Below are positions 1 to 10,943 of a stretch of DNA of 22,919 nt, piece after piece. Under the pieces are notes generated by a model. That model saw only the letters and a list, made by a program, of their open reading frames with translations, made no database searches and was not told the origin of the DNA. Each line of letters opens with the position of its first letter. Position 1 is the stretch's first letter. The stretch spans positions 53,206-76,124 of the forward strand of contig JAZKFH010000065.1 in assembly GCA_040386535.1 (NCBI GenBank). Reading direction: 5' to 3'. The DNA is from Myxococcota bacterium (GTDB lineage: Bacteria; Myxococcota_A; UBA796; SXON01). A program made the translations under genes and the position numbers.

Positions 1-66
1 CGGAGGAGCGGCGGAGGAGCGGCGGAGGAGCGGCGGAGGAGCGGCGGAGGAGCGGCGGAGGAGCGG
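1..66. repeat. Tandem 11-mer (CGGAGGAGCGG) x6, probably continuing upstream of the window
   Basis: Six perfect consecutive copies, decaying into GCGGAG variants to about 120. Confidence 0.95.
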
Positions 67-388
67 AGGCGGAGGCGCGGCCCAGAGCGGAGCGGAGCGC
101 GGAGGCGTGGTGCGGAGCGGAGGATGCGCCCCCGTGCGAGCGTCAGCGCAACGTCAGCGCCGGAGTCCCTTGGTCGCGACCCTACGCACCGATCGGCTCA
201 AATCCGTCGCGAGCGCGCAGCACCCGGCAAGCGGCAGGGGCGCGCAAGGCGGCCGGGCGCCGCGCCCGGACGGTTCCGGCCGCGTGCCGCCGCGGCGCGC
301 GGACGAACCGAGCGAAGCGAAGCCTGGAGCCGACCCGACGGCGCCGTCCGCGGCGCCGGGCCGCCCCTCTCCGAGGGCCCGATCGTCG

Positions 389-1216
389 TCAATCGATCGC
401 GCTCGCCTCGCAACACGCGCGGTAGAACACTTCCGGCCGCGCGCGCAGGCAGTCCTCGACGCTGGCGCGGCGCTCGGTGCGGCGGTGCTGCCAGAGCTCC
501 AGGACGAGGCGGCGCGTGACGACGGCCAGCGTCGGGACGCGCGGAAGCTTGAGGCAGGCCGACCACGCCCAGCCCGTCGGCACCTGGTAGGGGCGCCCCA
601 CGTACACGCCGCGAGGCGCGTCGACCGGGCTCGAGGGCGTGAACCGCTCGGGGTACGGCAGGAGCGGCACGCCGTCCCGGAAGAGGCCCGGCGGCGAGGC
701 GTCGATGACGCGGGCGGCGCGCACGAGGGCGCGGTCCTCCTCCTCCTCGCTCCACCAGTCGATGGGTCGCCGCCCGTCGGCCGTCATGGGCAGGAACGCC
801 AACGCGCCGACGATGGGGACGGTCGCCGGGCGGTCGTCCCCCGTGATGCGTTCGGTGAGCACGGCGTAGTCGGGGACGAGATCCTCGACGATGTCGGAGA
901 ACACGTGGTCGGGCACGGGCACCTCCGCGATCCGCGGCGGGCGCACGTCGTGGTGGGGCGCGTGGTCGATCTTGAGCACCGCGGCGAGGCGGAGCAGCTC
1001 GGGGTCGGCCCACGGCGCATCGCCCTGGAGGACCGCGAGGACACTGGCGTGGAACGCGCGCTCGGCGATGTCGTAGGCGGCGGCGTCGAGCTCGGCGCCC
1101 CCGAAGCGCTGGTAGTTCAGGTAGACGCCGGGCTCGAAGAGCGCCTCGTCCCCGCTGGTGGGATCGCCCTCGGCGAGCACTTCGACGATGACTTCTCGTT
1201 CGGGGGGGCGTCGCAT
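389..1216 (-). CDS. Hypothetical protein (~275 aa), translationally coupled to the WYL gene
   Basis: C-terminal part of ORF 389..1441 has normal globular composition (MRRPPEREVIVEVLAEGD...FYRACCEASAID). The ATG at 1216 overlaps the WYL TGA; an alternative ATG lies at 1222. No family recognised. Confidence 0.75.
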   Translation of the reverse strand: MRRPPEREVIVEVLAEGDPTSGDEALFEPGVYLNYQRFGGAELDAAAYDIAERAFHASVLAVLQGDAPWADPELLRLAAVLKIDHAPHHDVRPPRIAEVPVPDHVFSDIVEDLVPDYAVLTERITGDDRPATVPIVGALAFLPMTADGRRPIDWWSEEEEDRALVRAARVIDASPPGLFRDGVPLLPYPERFTPSSPVDAPRGVYVGRPYQVPTGWAWSACLKLPRVPTLAVVTRRLVLELWQHRRTERRASVEDCLRARPEVFYRACCEASAID

Positions 1217-2232
1217 CAGCATTCTTGTTGGTCGGAGGTGGTGTCCATCGGCTCCGTATACAGCGCGGCGGCGGTGCGGTGCGCGTCCCGCACGCGCTCC
1301 ACGAGCGAAGCCGGCGACTCCACCCGGACCTGCGCCCCGAAGCCGAGGAGCCACTCGCACAGCTCGGGACCGACGTTGACCCACATGCGGAGGCGCACGC
1401 CGCCGTCGGGCAGCGGCTCGATGTGTTGCGTCGGGTGCCACTGCCGCTCGCGTACGAACAGGGCGACGCCGGGGGTGAAGCGGGCGACGACGTTGTCGGG
1501 GGGGCCGCTGGTGATGCCGAAGCTGTCGGCGACGAGGGCGTGCGCGTCGTAACCGACGGGATATTCGAACTTCTCCCGACGCAGCCGCGCGAAGCGCTCG
1601 AAGCGCTCGACGGCGAAGCTCTTGATCTTGTCCTCCAACGTGTCGCGCGCGAACAGGTACAGCCCCTGGCGGTACGTGGCGAGCGTGAGCGGCTCCAGAC
1701 GGTAGATCTTGCCGAATCCACCTCGGACGGGACGGTATTCAGCATCCGCCGGGTTCGAGTAGAGGAGCGCGCTGACGATCTCGTCGAGCTTGTCGGGATC
1801 GGCCCGGTAGTCCTTCGCGTGCTCCGGGACGGCCATGAACTTGCGGTCGAGATCGCGGGTCAGATCGGAGGTGGAGCGCGCGATGGCGGGCTGGAGCCGC
1901 TCGATCGCGCCCTCGAGGTCGGCCGCGAACGACGTGCCGTCGAGGAAGGTGAACAACGTGCGCCCGAAGTGCAGCGAGAGCACCTCGGCGAGGGTGAGCT
2001 GCACGCCGGAGCGCGCGTACGAGGGCTCGAGGGAGAGCACGCGATCGGCGCCCACGCCCTCGTCGCGCAAGGGCAGGCCCAGGTCCTTCAGATCGGAGAG
2101 GTACCGGCGGAGCGTGCGCGCATCGAGCGCGAACCGCTCCATCAAGTGCTGCGCGGACACGCCGCCGCGGCGCTGGATGATCTCGAAGATGCGCACGAAC
2201 TTCTGGGACTTGTTGAGACTTTCGTCCGTCAT
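1216..2232 (-). CDS. WYL-domain transcriptional regulator (HTH + WYL + WCX; YafY/PafBC/DriD-like), 338 aa
   Basis: N-terminal winged HTH (VSAQHLMERFALDARTLRRYLSDLKDLG), WYL core (LEPLTLATYRQGLYLFARD...IKSFAVERF) and WCX tail (RERQWHPTQ...WLLGFGAQVRVESPASL). Start reassigned to MTDESLN. Confidence 0.93.
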   Translation of the reverse strand: MTDESLNKSQKFVRIFEIIQRRGGVSAQHLMERFALDARTLRRYLSDLKDLGLPLRDEGVGADRVLSLEPSYARSGVQLTLAEVLSLHFGRTLFTFLDGTSFAADLEGAIERLQPAIARSTSDLTRDLDRKFMAVPEHAKDYRADPDKLDEIVSALLYSNPADAEYRPVRGGFGKIYRLEPLTLATYRQGLYLFARDTLEDKIKSFAVERFERFARLRREKFEYPVGYDAHALVADSFGITSGPPDNVVARFTPGVALFVRERQWHPTQHIEPLPDGGVRLRMWVNVGPELCEWLLGFGAQVRVESPASLVERVRDAHRTAAALYTEPMDTTSDQQEC

Positions 2233-2325
2233 CGGCGGGGCTCTCTGGAGGTCGCGGTGGGTGCGTGCGGGGGGCGAACTAAGGGGGCGGACAAATTCTG
2301 GCACAGGCGGGAGACAAGATGTGTG

Positions 2326-2345
2326 TGTCCGGTAGACACCGGACA
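2326..2345. promoter_or_regulatory. Perfect inverted repeat TGTCCGGT-N4-ACCGGACA in the divergent intergenic region; candidate WYL operator
   Basis: 8-bp arms seen directly, with further GACA/TGTC half-sites nearby (about 2290-2330). Function is inferred. Confidence 0.5.
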
Positions 2346-2404
2346 GGTGTTCAGCTAACCTCATGTTCAGGTCGACACACCCTCTCGCGGTACAGGAGTC
2401 CCCC

Positions 2405-2650
2405 ATGAACGCCACGCTCTTCTTCGATTCGCTGCTCACGGTGCTGCTCTCGCTCGCCCTGATCGGCGCGGGCGGGCTCACGCTCTGGCTCCTCCCCTGG
2501 ACCGACGCAGATCGTGCCGGCACGGTGCGCGGCCTGTCCTCGGTGGTGCGCAACGCGGCGCAGGTTCCCCTCCGGGCCAGCGCCCGGGCCAGCTTCGGGG
2601 AGGTCGCCGGCCGCCCCCGTAGTCCCTTTCGGGTCGCCTCCTCCCGCTGA
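2405..2650 (+). CDS. Small membrane protein (81 aa) with one N-terminal hydrophobic helix and a basic tail
   Basis: AGGAG RBS just upstream of the ATG at 2405; hydrophobic segment LLTVLLSLALIGAGGLTLWLLPW. Confidence 0.7.
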   Translation: MNATLFFDSLLTVLLSLALIGAGGLTLWLLPWTDADRAGTVRGLSSVVRNAAQVPLRASARASFGEVAGRPRSPFRVASSR

Positions 2651-2718
2651 TCGGGAGGCCGCTGATCGGGAGGTCGCTGATCGGGAGGCCGCTGATCGGG
2701 AGGCCGCTGATCGGGAGG
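2644..2718. repeat. Tandem 15-mer CCGCTGATCGGGAGG x5 between convergent genes
   Basis: Five copies, one with a single mismatch. The first copy contains the stop codon of the small gene and can fold as CTCCCG-CTGAT-CGGGAG. Confidence 0.95.
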
Positions 2719-2765
2719 CAACGCCGCGGGCAGCCCGCCGCGGCGCGCTCGCCTCCGGTCGGGCG

Positions 2766-4178
2766 CTATGGGTTCGGCGTCTCGTCGCCCGGAGCCTGCT
2801 CCTTGGCGGCCCCCGCGGCCTTTCGCGCCGCGTCCAGCCCCTTGGCGAGCGCCGCGATCTCCCCGAGCGGGAGCGGCACGTCGATCAGGCCCTTGAGCAG
2901 GGCATCCTCGAAGTCCAGCGCCACGTAGAGCGGCCGCGGGAGCACGCGAGCCGGCGCTCCGTCCTCGCCGGGGAGGATGCGGGTGGTGATGACGAGGGGC
3001 CAGGCGGCGGCGAGCTCGGCCACCGCGCCGCTCACCCAGGGCTCACGCCCGGCGGCGAGGGCGGCGCCGGGACCGTTGCCGATCATGGCGTTGAGAGTGG
3101 CGGGATCGGTCGAAAGATCGAGCCGGTTGTCGCTCGCGGCGGCGAGGATGTCGATGCTGCCGGCGGTGATGGTGAGGTGGGTCGCGTCCACGCGCACCAC
3201 CGCCATGTCGGCCAGCTTCGCGATGCGGCGGGTGCGCCGTGCCACCTTGCGGGCGGGCATGCGCCCGGCGAAGGGGATGACCGCGGCCACACGGGGCATC
3301 GGCTCCATCGCGAGCAGGGCCACGGTCGTGCCGCCGGTCACCGGGAACAGGTTCTGGAGGCGGCGGGCCTGGCGGAGCTCCTTTCCCTTCAGGAAGCTGG
3401 AGAAGTCGATGCTGTCGAGCCCGAAGCCGATCACCACCGTCGCCTGGGGCGGCTCGGGCGTGGTGACGACGGGGGGCACCGCCCCTTCGAGCAGGATGGC
3501 GCCGGAGGTCTCGAGGCCGGGCACGGTGGCGACGAAGGTGGCGGGCTGGCCCTCCGCGAAGGACAGGTGCGCGGCGATGTCGATGGCGCCGATCTCGGCC
3601 TCGTCCACGTGCATGGTCACCACACAGCCGGGCGTCTCGGGGATCGCCGCGAGCATCGCCGGGCGCAGGCTTCGAGCTGGCCGCTCGACCGTGGGGCCAT
3701 GGGTGACGCGGGCCCACCCGTCGGTGACCCGCACGCCCATCTCGTCGCCGTCGGCCTCGCGGATGCCCCAGCCCCGCGGCCCCTCGAACACCACGCCCTT
3801 GGTCGCGGGATCGAGCTCCGTGAACCGCCGGGCGAGCTCCGGCGCGGCGAGCGTGGTGTCGAAGCCGAGCTCGAGCGTCTCGGTGTCCTGCCACCAGGAG
3901 ATGGCGAGCCGCGCGTCGGGCGCGAGCGTCGCGCGCATGCCTTCCAGGAAGGGCAGCAGATCGTCCGGGGTGGGGCCGCCTTCCGCACCCGCTCCCCCCG
4001 CGTCCGCGAGCGCGCCGCCGAGCAGGCCCGCGGCTTGTTGAACGCGCGTCAGCGCCTCGCTCGCGGAGGAGCACACCACGGCGAGCTCGGGGGCGCCGGC
4101 CAGCTCACGGTCCAGGTCGGCGCGCAGGCCCGCGTGGGCGAGCCCGGAGTGGGCCAGGGCCGCGGCGAGGACAAACAT
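2766..4178 (-). CDS. Exported hypothetical protein (470 aa)
   Basis: Signal-peptide-like N-terminus ending AHA; normal composition and GC3 bias; no family recognised. Confidence 0.75.
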   Translation of the reverse strand: MFVLAAALAHSGLAHAGLRADLDRELAGAPELAVVCSSASEALTRVQQAAGLLGGALADAGGAGAEGGPTPDDLLPFLEGMRATLAPDARLAISWWQDTETLELGFDTTLAAPELARRFTELDPATKGVVFEGPRGWGIREADGDEMGVRVTDGWARVTHGPTVERPARSLRPAMLAAIPETPGCVVTMHVDEAEIGAIDIAAHLSFAEGQPATFVATVPGLETSGAILLEGAVPPVVTTPEPPQATVVIGFGLDSIDFSSFLKGKELRQARRLQNLFPVTGGTTVALLAMEPMPRVAAVIPFAGRMPARKVARRTRRIAKLADMAVVRVDATHLTITAGSIDILAAASDNRLDLSTDPATLNAMIGNGPGAALAAGREPWVSGAVAELAAAWPLVITTRILPGEDGAPARVLPRPLYVALDFEDALLKGLIDVPLPLGEIAALAKGLDAARKAAGAAKEQAPGDETPNP

Positions 4179-4227
4179 CGAGGCTCCGAACGAGCGTGGG
4201 GACTATCCGGGCGCGGGGGCATCCACC

Positions 4228-4263
4228 CCGTCTCCCGGCCCGTCTGTCGATCCGTCTGTCGGC
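4228..4263. repeat. Three 12-bp direct repeats (CCGTCT core) in the divergent promoter upstream of leuS
   Basis: CCGTCTCCCGGC, CCGTCTGTCGAT and CCGTCTGTCGGC are contiguous. Confidence 0.6.
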
Positions 4264-4310
4264 GCACGGGTTAATCGCCGCCCCTCTCTCCCTCGAGCCT
4301 CGGAGCCACC

Positions 4311-6803
4311 ATGAGCCGCTACACCCCCCACGAGATCGAGCCGCGCTGGCAGGCCCGGTGGCGCGCGGAGCACACGTTCCGCACGGACGAGGATCCGAAG
4401 AAGCCGAAGTTCTACGGGCTCGTCATGTTCCCCTACCCCTCCGGGGATGGCCTGCACGTCGGCCACGCAGAGAGCTACTCGGCGGTCGACATCGTGGTCC
4501 GCTACCGCAAGGCGCTGGGCTACCGGGTGCTCCACCCGATGGGATGGGACGCGTTCGGGCTCCCGGCCGAGCGCAAGGCCGTTCGCGACGGCGGGCAACC
4601 GGCCGAGATCACCGCCAAGAACATCGCGAACTTCCGCGGGCAGATCGACCGTCTCGGGTTCTCGTACGACTGGGATCGCGAGGTCAACACCTCCACGCCC
4701 GACTACTACAAGCACACCCAGGCGATCTTCCTCAAGCTCCACGAGATGGGCCTGGCCTACCTCGCCGAGGTGCCGGTCAACTGGTGCCCCGCGCTCGGCA
4801 CGGTGCTCGCCAACGAGGAAGTGCAGGACGGCAAGTACGTCGAGACGGGGGATCCGGTCGAGCGCCGCATGATGAAGCAGTGGATGCTGCGCATCACGGC
4901 GTACGCCGAGCGGCTCCTCACCGACCTGGACGGGCTGGACTGGCCCGCCGGCATCCTCGAGATGCAGCGCAACTGGATCGGCCGCTCCGAGGGCGCCGAG
5001 GTGCGCTTCGGCACCGACGCGGGCGAGCTCCTCGTGTTCACCACCCGCCCCGACACGCTCTACGGCGCCACGTTCTGCGTGCTCGCCCCCGAGCACCCGC
5101 TGGTGGCCCAGCTCTCGACCAACCCCGAGGTGGCGCCCTACGTGGCGGCTGCCAAGAACCGCTCCGACCTGGACCGCGCGGTCGCGGCCGAGAAGGAGAA
5201 GACGGGTGTGTTCACCGGTGCGTACGCCACCAATCCGGTGACCGGCGCCAAGGTGCCCATCTGGGTGGCGGACTACGTGCTCTCCACCTACGGCACCGGC
5301 GCGATCATGGCGGTGCCCGGCCATGACGAGCGCGACTACGCCTTCGCCCAGAAGTACGACCTGCCCATCGTGCGCGTGGTCGCCCCCGCCCAGGGTGACG
5401 CGGGCGAGCTCCCCTCCTCCGGCGAGGGCGTGGCCGTGAACTCCGGCCCGCTCGACGGCCTCCCCACCGCGGAGGCGAAGGCGCGGATCCTCGACATCAT
5501 CGAGGCCGAGGGGCTCGGCACCCGCCGCGTTCGTTACAAGCTGCGCGACTGGCTGTTCTCCCGCCAGCGCTACTGGGGCGAGCCGTTCCCCATCGTGCAC
5601 CTCGAAGACGGCACGATCTGCCCGGTCACCGACCTGCCCGTGCTGCTCCCGGCGCTCGAAGAGTTCCGCCCGACGCCCGACGGCAAGCCGCCGCTCGGCC
5701 GCGCCACCGACTGGGTGAAGACGACGTACAACGGTCAACCGGCCACGCGCGAGCTCAACACGATGCCGCAATGGGCGGGGTCGTGCTGGTACTGGCTCCG
5801 CTACATGGACGCGACGAACCCCGACCAGCCCTTCTCCCCCGAGAAGGAGAAGCTCTGGGGCCCCGTGGATCTCTACATGGGCGGCGTCGAGCACGCCGTG
5901 CTGCACCTGCTCTACGCGCGGTTCTGGCACAAGGTGCTCTACGACTGCGGCTGGGTGCACACCAAGGAGCCGTTCCAGAAGTTGTTCAACCAGGGGATGG
6001 TCCTGGCGTTCTCCTACCAGGACGCCGCGGGCAAGTATTATCACCCCGGTGAGGTCGAGGAGCGCGAGGGCACCTGGTACGTCAAGGGCACCGACACCGT
6101 CGCGAAGACCCAGATCGAGAAGATGTCGAAGTCCCGCTACAACGTCGTCAACCCGGACGAGGTCGTCGAGGGTTGGGGAGCGGATGCCCTGCGGCTGTAC
6201 GAGATGTTCATGGGCCCGCTCGAGCAGGTCAAGCCCTGGCAGACCAGCGGCGTGCAGGGCGTGTACCGCTTCCTCGACCGCGTGTGGCGCCTGTTCGTGG
6301 ACGAGGAGACCGACGCCATCCGCATCGGTGACACGGTCTCGGCCGACACGCGCCGTGCCCTGCACGTCGCCATCAAGGAGACCACCGAGGGCATCGAGGC
6401 GCTGCGGCTGAACACGCCCATCGCCAAGATGATGGAGCTGGTCAACACCGCCAAGGGCCAGGCGCTCCCGCGCGCCGAGGCCGAGGCCTTCCTGTTGATC
6501 CTGCACCCCTTCGCCCCGCACATCGCCGAGGAGCTGTGGGCCCGCCTGGGCCACACCACCTCGATCTACGGGCACCCCTGGCCCGCGTGGGACGCGGCGG
6601 CGCTCGTCGTCGACAGCGTTCCCATCGCCGTCCAGGTGCTCGGGAAGCTGCGTGGGACGTTCCAGGCCTCGCCGAGCGCGACCAACGCCGAGCTGCTCGA
6701 GGGCGCCCGCGCGGTGGAGAACGTCGCGAAGCACCTCGACGGGAAGACGATCGTGAAGGAGATCGTGGTGCCTGGGAAGCTGGTCAACTTCGTGGTGCGG
6801 TAG
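4311..6803 (+). CDS. leuS: Leucine--tRNA ligase
   Basis: MFPYPSG-GLHVGH (HIGH), [12 protein letters not shown]1 editing motifs FTTRPDT and [40 protein letters not shown]. Confidence 0.99.
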   Translation: MSRYTPHEIEPRWQARWRAEHTFRTDEDPKKPKFYGLVMFPYPSGDGLHVGHAESYSAVDIVVRYRKALGYRVLHPMGWDAFGLPAERKAVRDGGQPAEITAKNIANFRGQIDRLGFSYDWDREVNTSTPDYYKHTQAIFLKLHEMGLAYLAEVPVNWCPALGTVLANEEVQDGKYVETGDPVERRMMKQWMLRITAYAERLLTDLDGLDWPAGILEMQRNWIGRSEGAEVRFGTDAGELLVFTTRPDTLYGATFCVLAPEHPLVAQLSTNPEVAPYVAAAKNRSDLDRAVAAEKEKTGVFTGAYATNPVTGAKVPIWVADYVLSTYGTGAIMAVPGHDERDYAFAQKYDLPIVRVVAPAQGDAGELPSSGEGVAVNSGPLDGLPTAEAKARILDIIEAEGLGTRRVRYKLRDWLFSRQRYWGEPFPIVHLEDGTICPVTDLPVLLPALEEFRPTPDGKPPLGRATDWVKTTYNGQPATRELNTMPQWAGSCWYWLRYMDATNPDQPFSPEKEKLWGPVDLYMGGVEHAVLHLLYARFWHKVLYDCGWVHTKEPFQKLFNQGMVLAFSYQDAAGKYYHPGEVEEREGTWYVKGTDTVAKTQIEKMSKSRYNVVNPDEVVEGWGADALRLYEMFMGPLEQVKPWQTSGVQGVYRFLDRVWRLFVDEETDAIRIGDTVSADTRRALHVAIKETTEGIEALRLNTPIAKMMELVNTAKGQALPRAEAEAFLLILHPFAPHIAEELWARLGHTTSIYGHPWPAWDAAALVVDSVPIAVQVLGKLRGTFQASPSATNAELLEGARAVENVAKHLDGKTIVKEIVVPGKLVNFVVR

Positions 6804-6856
6804 CCGGTCGTGAACTGACGGCCGGCATGGTGTAGCCTCCCGCGCGGAGGAGCGGC

Positions 6857-8545
6857 ATGCCGGCGTCGACCCCGCGGAACAGCAGAGGAAAATCGAGCGA
6901 GGCGACCCTCGGCGCCGCGCTGGTGCACCTGCTCCCGCGGCTCGCCCGCTCGCGCCGGTGCCCGACGTGGCCGCCGGACCTGTTCGCGCTCGCCGCCCGC
7001 ATCCTCGAGCGCACCGGGGCGCACGTCCACATCGTGAACCACTGGCCCCTCGACGCGGGCGGCCGCGAGGGGGATTGGCGCGCCGAGGTCGCGCTGAACG
7101 CGGACGACTGGCTCCGCCGCCTCGGCCCGGCCTCCCGGAACTGGACGCGCCTCCTCTTCGGCGCCGAGCGGGTGCGCGTCCCGCCGCCCATGCCCGTCCT
7201 GAGCTGGTGGGCGGAGCTGTGCGAGGCGTGGGACACGCCGCTCGCGATGTTGCGCGCCAACGAGCGCCCCAGGCTGCTCCAGGCGCTCATGGGGCTCCTG
7301 GCGGTGTCGGACGAGGTGTGCGCGGGGGTGGGCTTCGGCGCGCGGAACGCGCCCTTCCTCGACCTCGCCCTGCTGGTGCTTCAGCTGCAGCAGGACGCCC
7401 TCAGCGTCTGCCTGGAGGTGCACCCCTCCAAGGCGCGGGTCCTCCCCAAACAACACACGCCCCAGCGCGGCATGACGCTGCGCTCCCTGTCGGTGCACCT
7501 CGCGCTGGCCGACGACCACGATCTCGCCGCCGTCTGGCACCAGTTTCCGGGGGCGCGGGCCCGCTCAGAGATGCACCTGCTGCTCCTGCCCTGGCCGCTC
7601 AAGGTCGACGCGAGCCAGTTCGTCATCCACAAGCAGCCCAACGATCACCGGTGCGCCCTGCCGGCGCCCTACGGCTTCTTCCGCTTCTGCCCCACCATCG
7701 ACCCCGCGATCGCCGCCCGGGAGGTCGACGAGGCGCTCGAGCGCGCCCTCCGCACCGTCGGACACATCGACGCCATCGTGCTCCCGGAGCTGGCGCTCAC
7801 GACCACCGCGTTCGACGCGGTGCAGGCGACCATCACCGCCCGCGATCCCGGCATGCTGCTGATCTCCGGGGTCTGGGGCCGCGCCGGAGCGGACCGCCGG
7901 CTGTCGAACCACGTCTTGGTCTCCGTGCCGACGGACGGCGTGGACGGCGGGGTGTTCCGGCAGCGGGTCACCCAGCGCAAGCACCACCGCTGGTGCCTGG
8001 ACCGCAGCCAGCTCGAGCAGTACGGGCTCACCGACGCGCTCGATCCGGGCCGCCTCTGGTGGGAACACTCCGAGGCCGCGGCCCGCGAGCTGAACTTCAT
8101 CACGGTCGACGACTGGCTCACCTTCTGCCCGCTCATCTGCGAGGACCTCGCGCGCCAGGATCCCGCCGCCGACGTGATCCGCGCGGTCGGCCCGAACCTC
8201 GTGATCGCGCTGCTGATGGACGGCCCGCAGCTCCCCAGCCGCTGGCCCGGTCGGTACGCCTCCATCCTCGCGGAGGACCCGGGCTCGTCCGTGCTCACGC
8301 TCACGAGCCTCGGCATGTCCGCGCGGAGCGTTCCGAAGGAGGGCTTCGTCCCCCGCAACCGCGTGATCGGGCTGTGGCGCGACGCCATCAACGGCGAGAA
8401 GCTGCTCGAGCTCCCCGAGGGGTCGGACGCGCTGGTGTTGTCCATCGCCCCCGAGCTGCGCGAGGAGTGGACCGCCGACGGCCGCCGCGACGGAGGCATC
8501 GCCAGCTTCCCGGTGTTCCGGGAGATGCGGCCCGTCCCCCGGTGA
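6857..8545 (+). CDS. Carbon-nitrogen hydrolase (nitrilase-fold) domain protein with an unknown N-terminal domain, 562 aa
   Basis: GGAGGAG RBS; triad motifs in correct order: DAIVLPELAL (Glu), QRKHHRW (Lys), PLICEDL (Cys). Confidence 0.75.
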   Translation: MPASTPRNSRGKSSEATLGAALVHLLPRLARSRRCPTWPPDLFALAARILERTGAHVHIVNHWPLDAGGREGDWRAEVALNADDWLRRLGPASRNWTRLLFGAERVRVPPPMPVLSWWAELCEAWDTPLAMLRANERPRLLQALMGLLAVSDEVCAGVGFGARNAPFLDLALLVLQLQQDALSVCLEVHPSKARVLPKQHTPQRGMTLRSLSVHLALADDHDLAAVWHQFPGARARSEMHLLLLPWPLKVDASQFVIHKQPNDHRCALPAPYGFFRFCPTIDPAIAAREVDEALERALRTVGHIDAIVLPELALTTTAFDAVQATITARDPGMLLISGVWGRAGADRRLSNHVLVSVPTDGVDGGVFRQRVTQRKHHRWCLDRSQLEQYGLTDALDPGRLWWEHSEAAARELNFITVDDWLTFCPLICEDLARQDPAADVIRAVGPNLVIALLMDGPQLPSRWPGRYASILAEDPGSSVLTLTSLGMSARSVPKEGFVPRNRVIGLWRDAINGEKLLELPEGSDALVLSIAPELREEWTADGRRDGGIASFPVFREMRPVPR

Positions 8546-8600
8546 CTACACTCGGACACGGGTTTGACGGCTACACTCCCTCCACATACAGATCAAAGCG

Positions 8601-8867
8601 ATGCACCCGACCAACCTCTCGCCAAACGAGCTCTCCGCGTTGACCGCGCTCGGTCGGATGCCGGCGGTGCCGGCGATAAAGGCCGCACGCGTTCTCGACT
8701 ACTTCTCCGGGCACGCCCGGGAGGTCGCGGCGGTCCTGATCGCTGACGCCTCCGCTGCGTCCGCCTCGGCCGACGCCCACGCGCTCGCCTCGGTGATCCG
8801 CGAGTGGGCCACGAAGAACCGCGAACGCGCGGCCGCACCCCGCAGCCGCACGGCGGTCGCAATCTGA
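8601..8867 (+). CDS. Small hypothetical protein (88 aa)
   Basis: Ala-rich helical ORF whose TGA overlaps the next ATG (TGATG). Confidence 0.55.
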   Translation: MHPTNLSPNELSALTALGRMPAVPAIKAARVLDYFSGHAREVAAVLIADASAASASADAHALASVIREWATKNRERAAAPRSRTAVAI

Positions 8868-9112
8868 TGGCGACCGAAGAGCAGCTGAATCACCCGCTCC
8901 ACGGGGTCTCGCTCGAGCGCCTCGTCACCACCCTGTTGGAGCGGCACGGTTGGAACGGGATGTACGCGCGCGTGCCAGCGCGGTGCTTCCAGATGAACCC
9001 GAGCGTGAAGTCGACCCTGACCTTCCTCCGCAAGACGCCGTGGGCGCTCCAGGCGCTCCAGGACTGGTACGTCGAGGAAGCGACCACCAAGCCCCTGCCA
9101 CGCTGGTCCTAG
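8867..9112 (+). CDS. VF530/DUF2132-family small putative DNA-binding protein (81 aa)
   Basis: Signature NHPLHGVSLE...HGW...CFQMNPSVKSTLTFLRKTPWA matches the family pattern PLHG.TLE...CF...PS.KSSL.FLRKTPWA as I recall it. Confidence 0.88.
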   Translation: MATEEQLNHPLHGVSLERLVTTLLERHGWNGMYARVPARCFQMNPSVKSTLTFLRKTPWALQALQDWYVEEATTKPLPRWS

Positions 9113-9137
9113 GGTCTCGCAACTACCGCGGCGCCGC

Positions 9138-9428
9138 CTACGGACACAGCGGCCGCGCATGGCTCGGGATGCCGAGCCGCCGCCGCACCTCCAGATCCAG
9201 GAGCCACCGGCCGCGCGCGATGTCCACGGGCTCGCTCCCCGCGGGCAGCGCCACCGTCTCGTCGTAGGTCGTCGTCGCCCCGCTGCGTGTGCGCACCGAC
9301 ACCACGAACGACACCAGGCCGGCGCGCCCCGGCTCGCGCGCGCGGAAACGTGCCGTCCAGGCCCGATTCCCGGGGAGCTTCACGGGGGTGGAGAAGTCGT
9401 AGAGGCGGGCGACATCGGCGTCGGTCAT
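9138..9428 (-). CDS. Hypothetical protein (~96 aa)
   Basis: Fills the gap between VF530 and mtnA; plausible beta-rich sequence from MTDADVARLYDF; start uncertain. Confidence 0.5.
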   Translation of the reverse strand: MTDADVARLYDFSTPVKLPGNRAWTARFRAREPGRAGLVSFVVSVRTRSGATTTYDETVALPAGSEPVDIARGRWLLDLEVRRRLGIPSHARPLCP

Positions 9429-9543
9429 GCGGGGCCCAGCGGGTTGGCGTGCCAGATACTCCGCGCGCGCCTCGCCTGCGTACCCATCTGCGCACCCCAC
9501 TCCCCCGGCCCGCGATACGAGACCGCCTCGGACCAAGGTTGTC

Positions 9544-10599
<1,056 letters not shown>

Positions 10600-10608
10600 C
10601 GCCCCCCC

Positions 10609-10941
10609 CTACTTCGCGGTCGCGCACTCGATGTAGGCCGCGAGCAGGATCAGGTCGTCGTCGAACACGCCGCCCCCGAGCGGCATCGTCTGCTCGTCCA
10701 ACACCCGGGCCTGGACGCGCGCGAGCTGGGCGACCACCTGCGCCTCCGTATCGAACACCGCCGACTCGGGCGCGCCGCGACGGTCGGGCGCGCGCGCGGA
10801 GTGACACGAGTCACAATAACTGGTGAAGAAGTCCTCGCCCCAATTGTCCCACGTCACGGCGGCGGGGTCCGTGTCGGAGAGACACACCTCGGCGGTATCG
10901 GACGGGGGCGCGCCGGTGCAGGCCCACAACAGGAGGAGCAC
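10609..10941 (-). CDS. Small monohaem cytochrome c, probable lipoprotein (~110 aa)
   Basis: GGAG RBS then GTG; LLLLWAC lipobox-like start; CDSCH haem motif; distal TMP motif as likely Met axial ligand. Confidence 0.8.
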   Translation of the reverse strand: MLLLLWACTGAPPSDTAEVCLSDTDPAAVTWDNWGEDFFTSYCDSCHSARAPDRRGAPESAVFDTEAQVVAQLARVQARVLDEQTMPLGGGVFDDDLILLAAYIECATAK

Positions 10942-10943
10942 CC

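Noticed and set aside
2233..2721. N-terminal extension of the WYL ORF with PPDQR repeats
   Set aside because: It arises from the 15-bp intergenic repeat and overlaps the divergent gene; the HTH begins just after Met at 2232.
4179..4310. T-box leader for leuS
   Set aside because: The region is too short and has no T-box consensus.
4203..6734. 843-aa minus-strand ORF
   Set aside because: Antisense to leuS.
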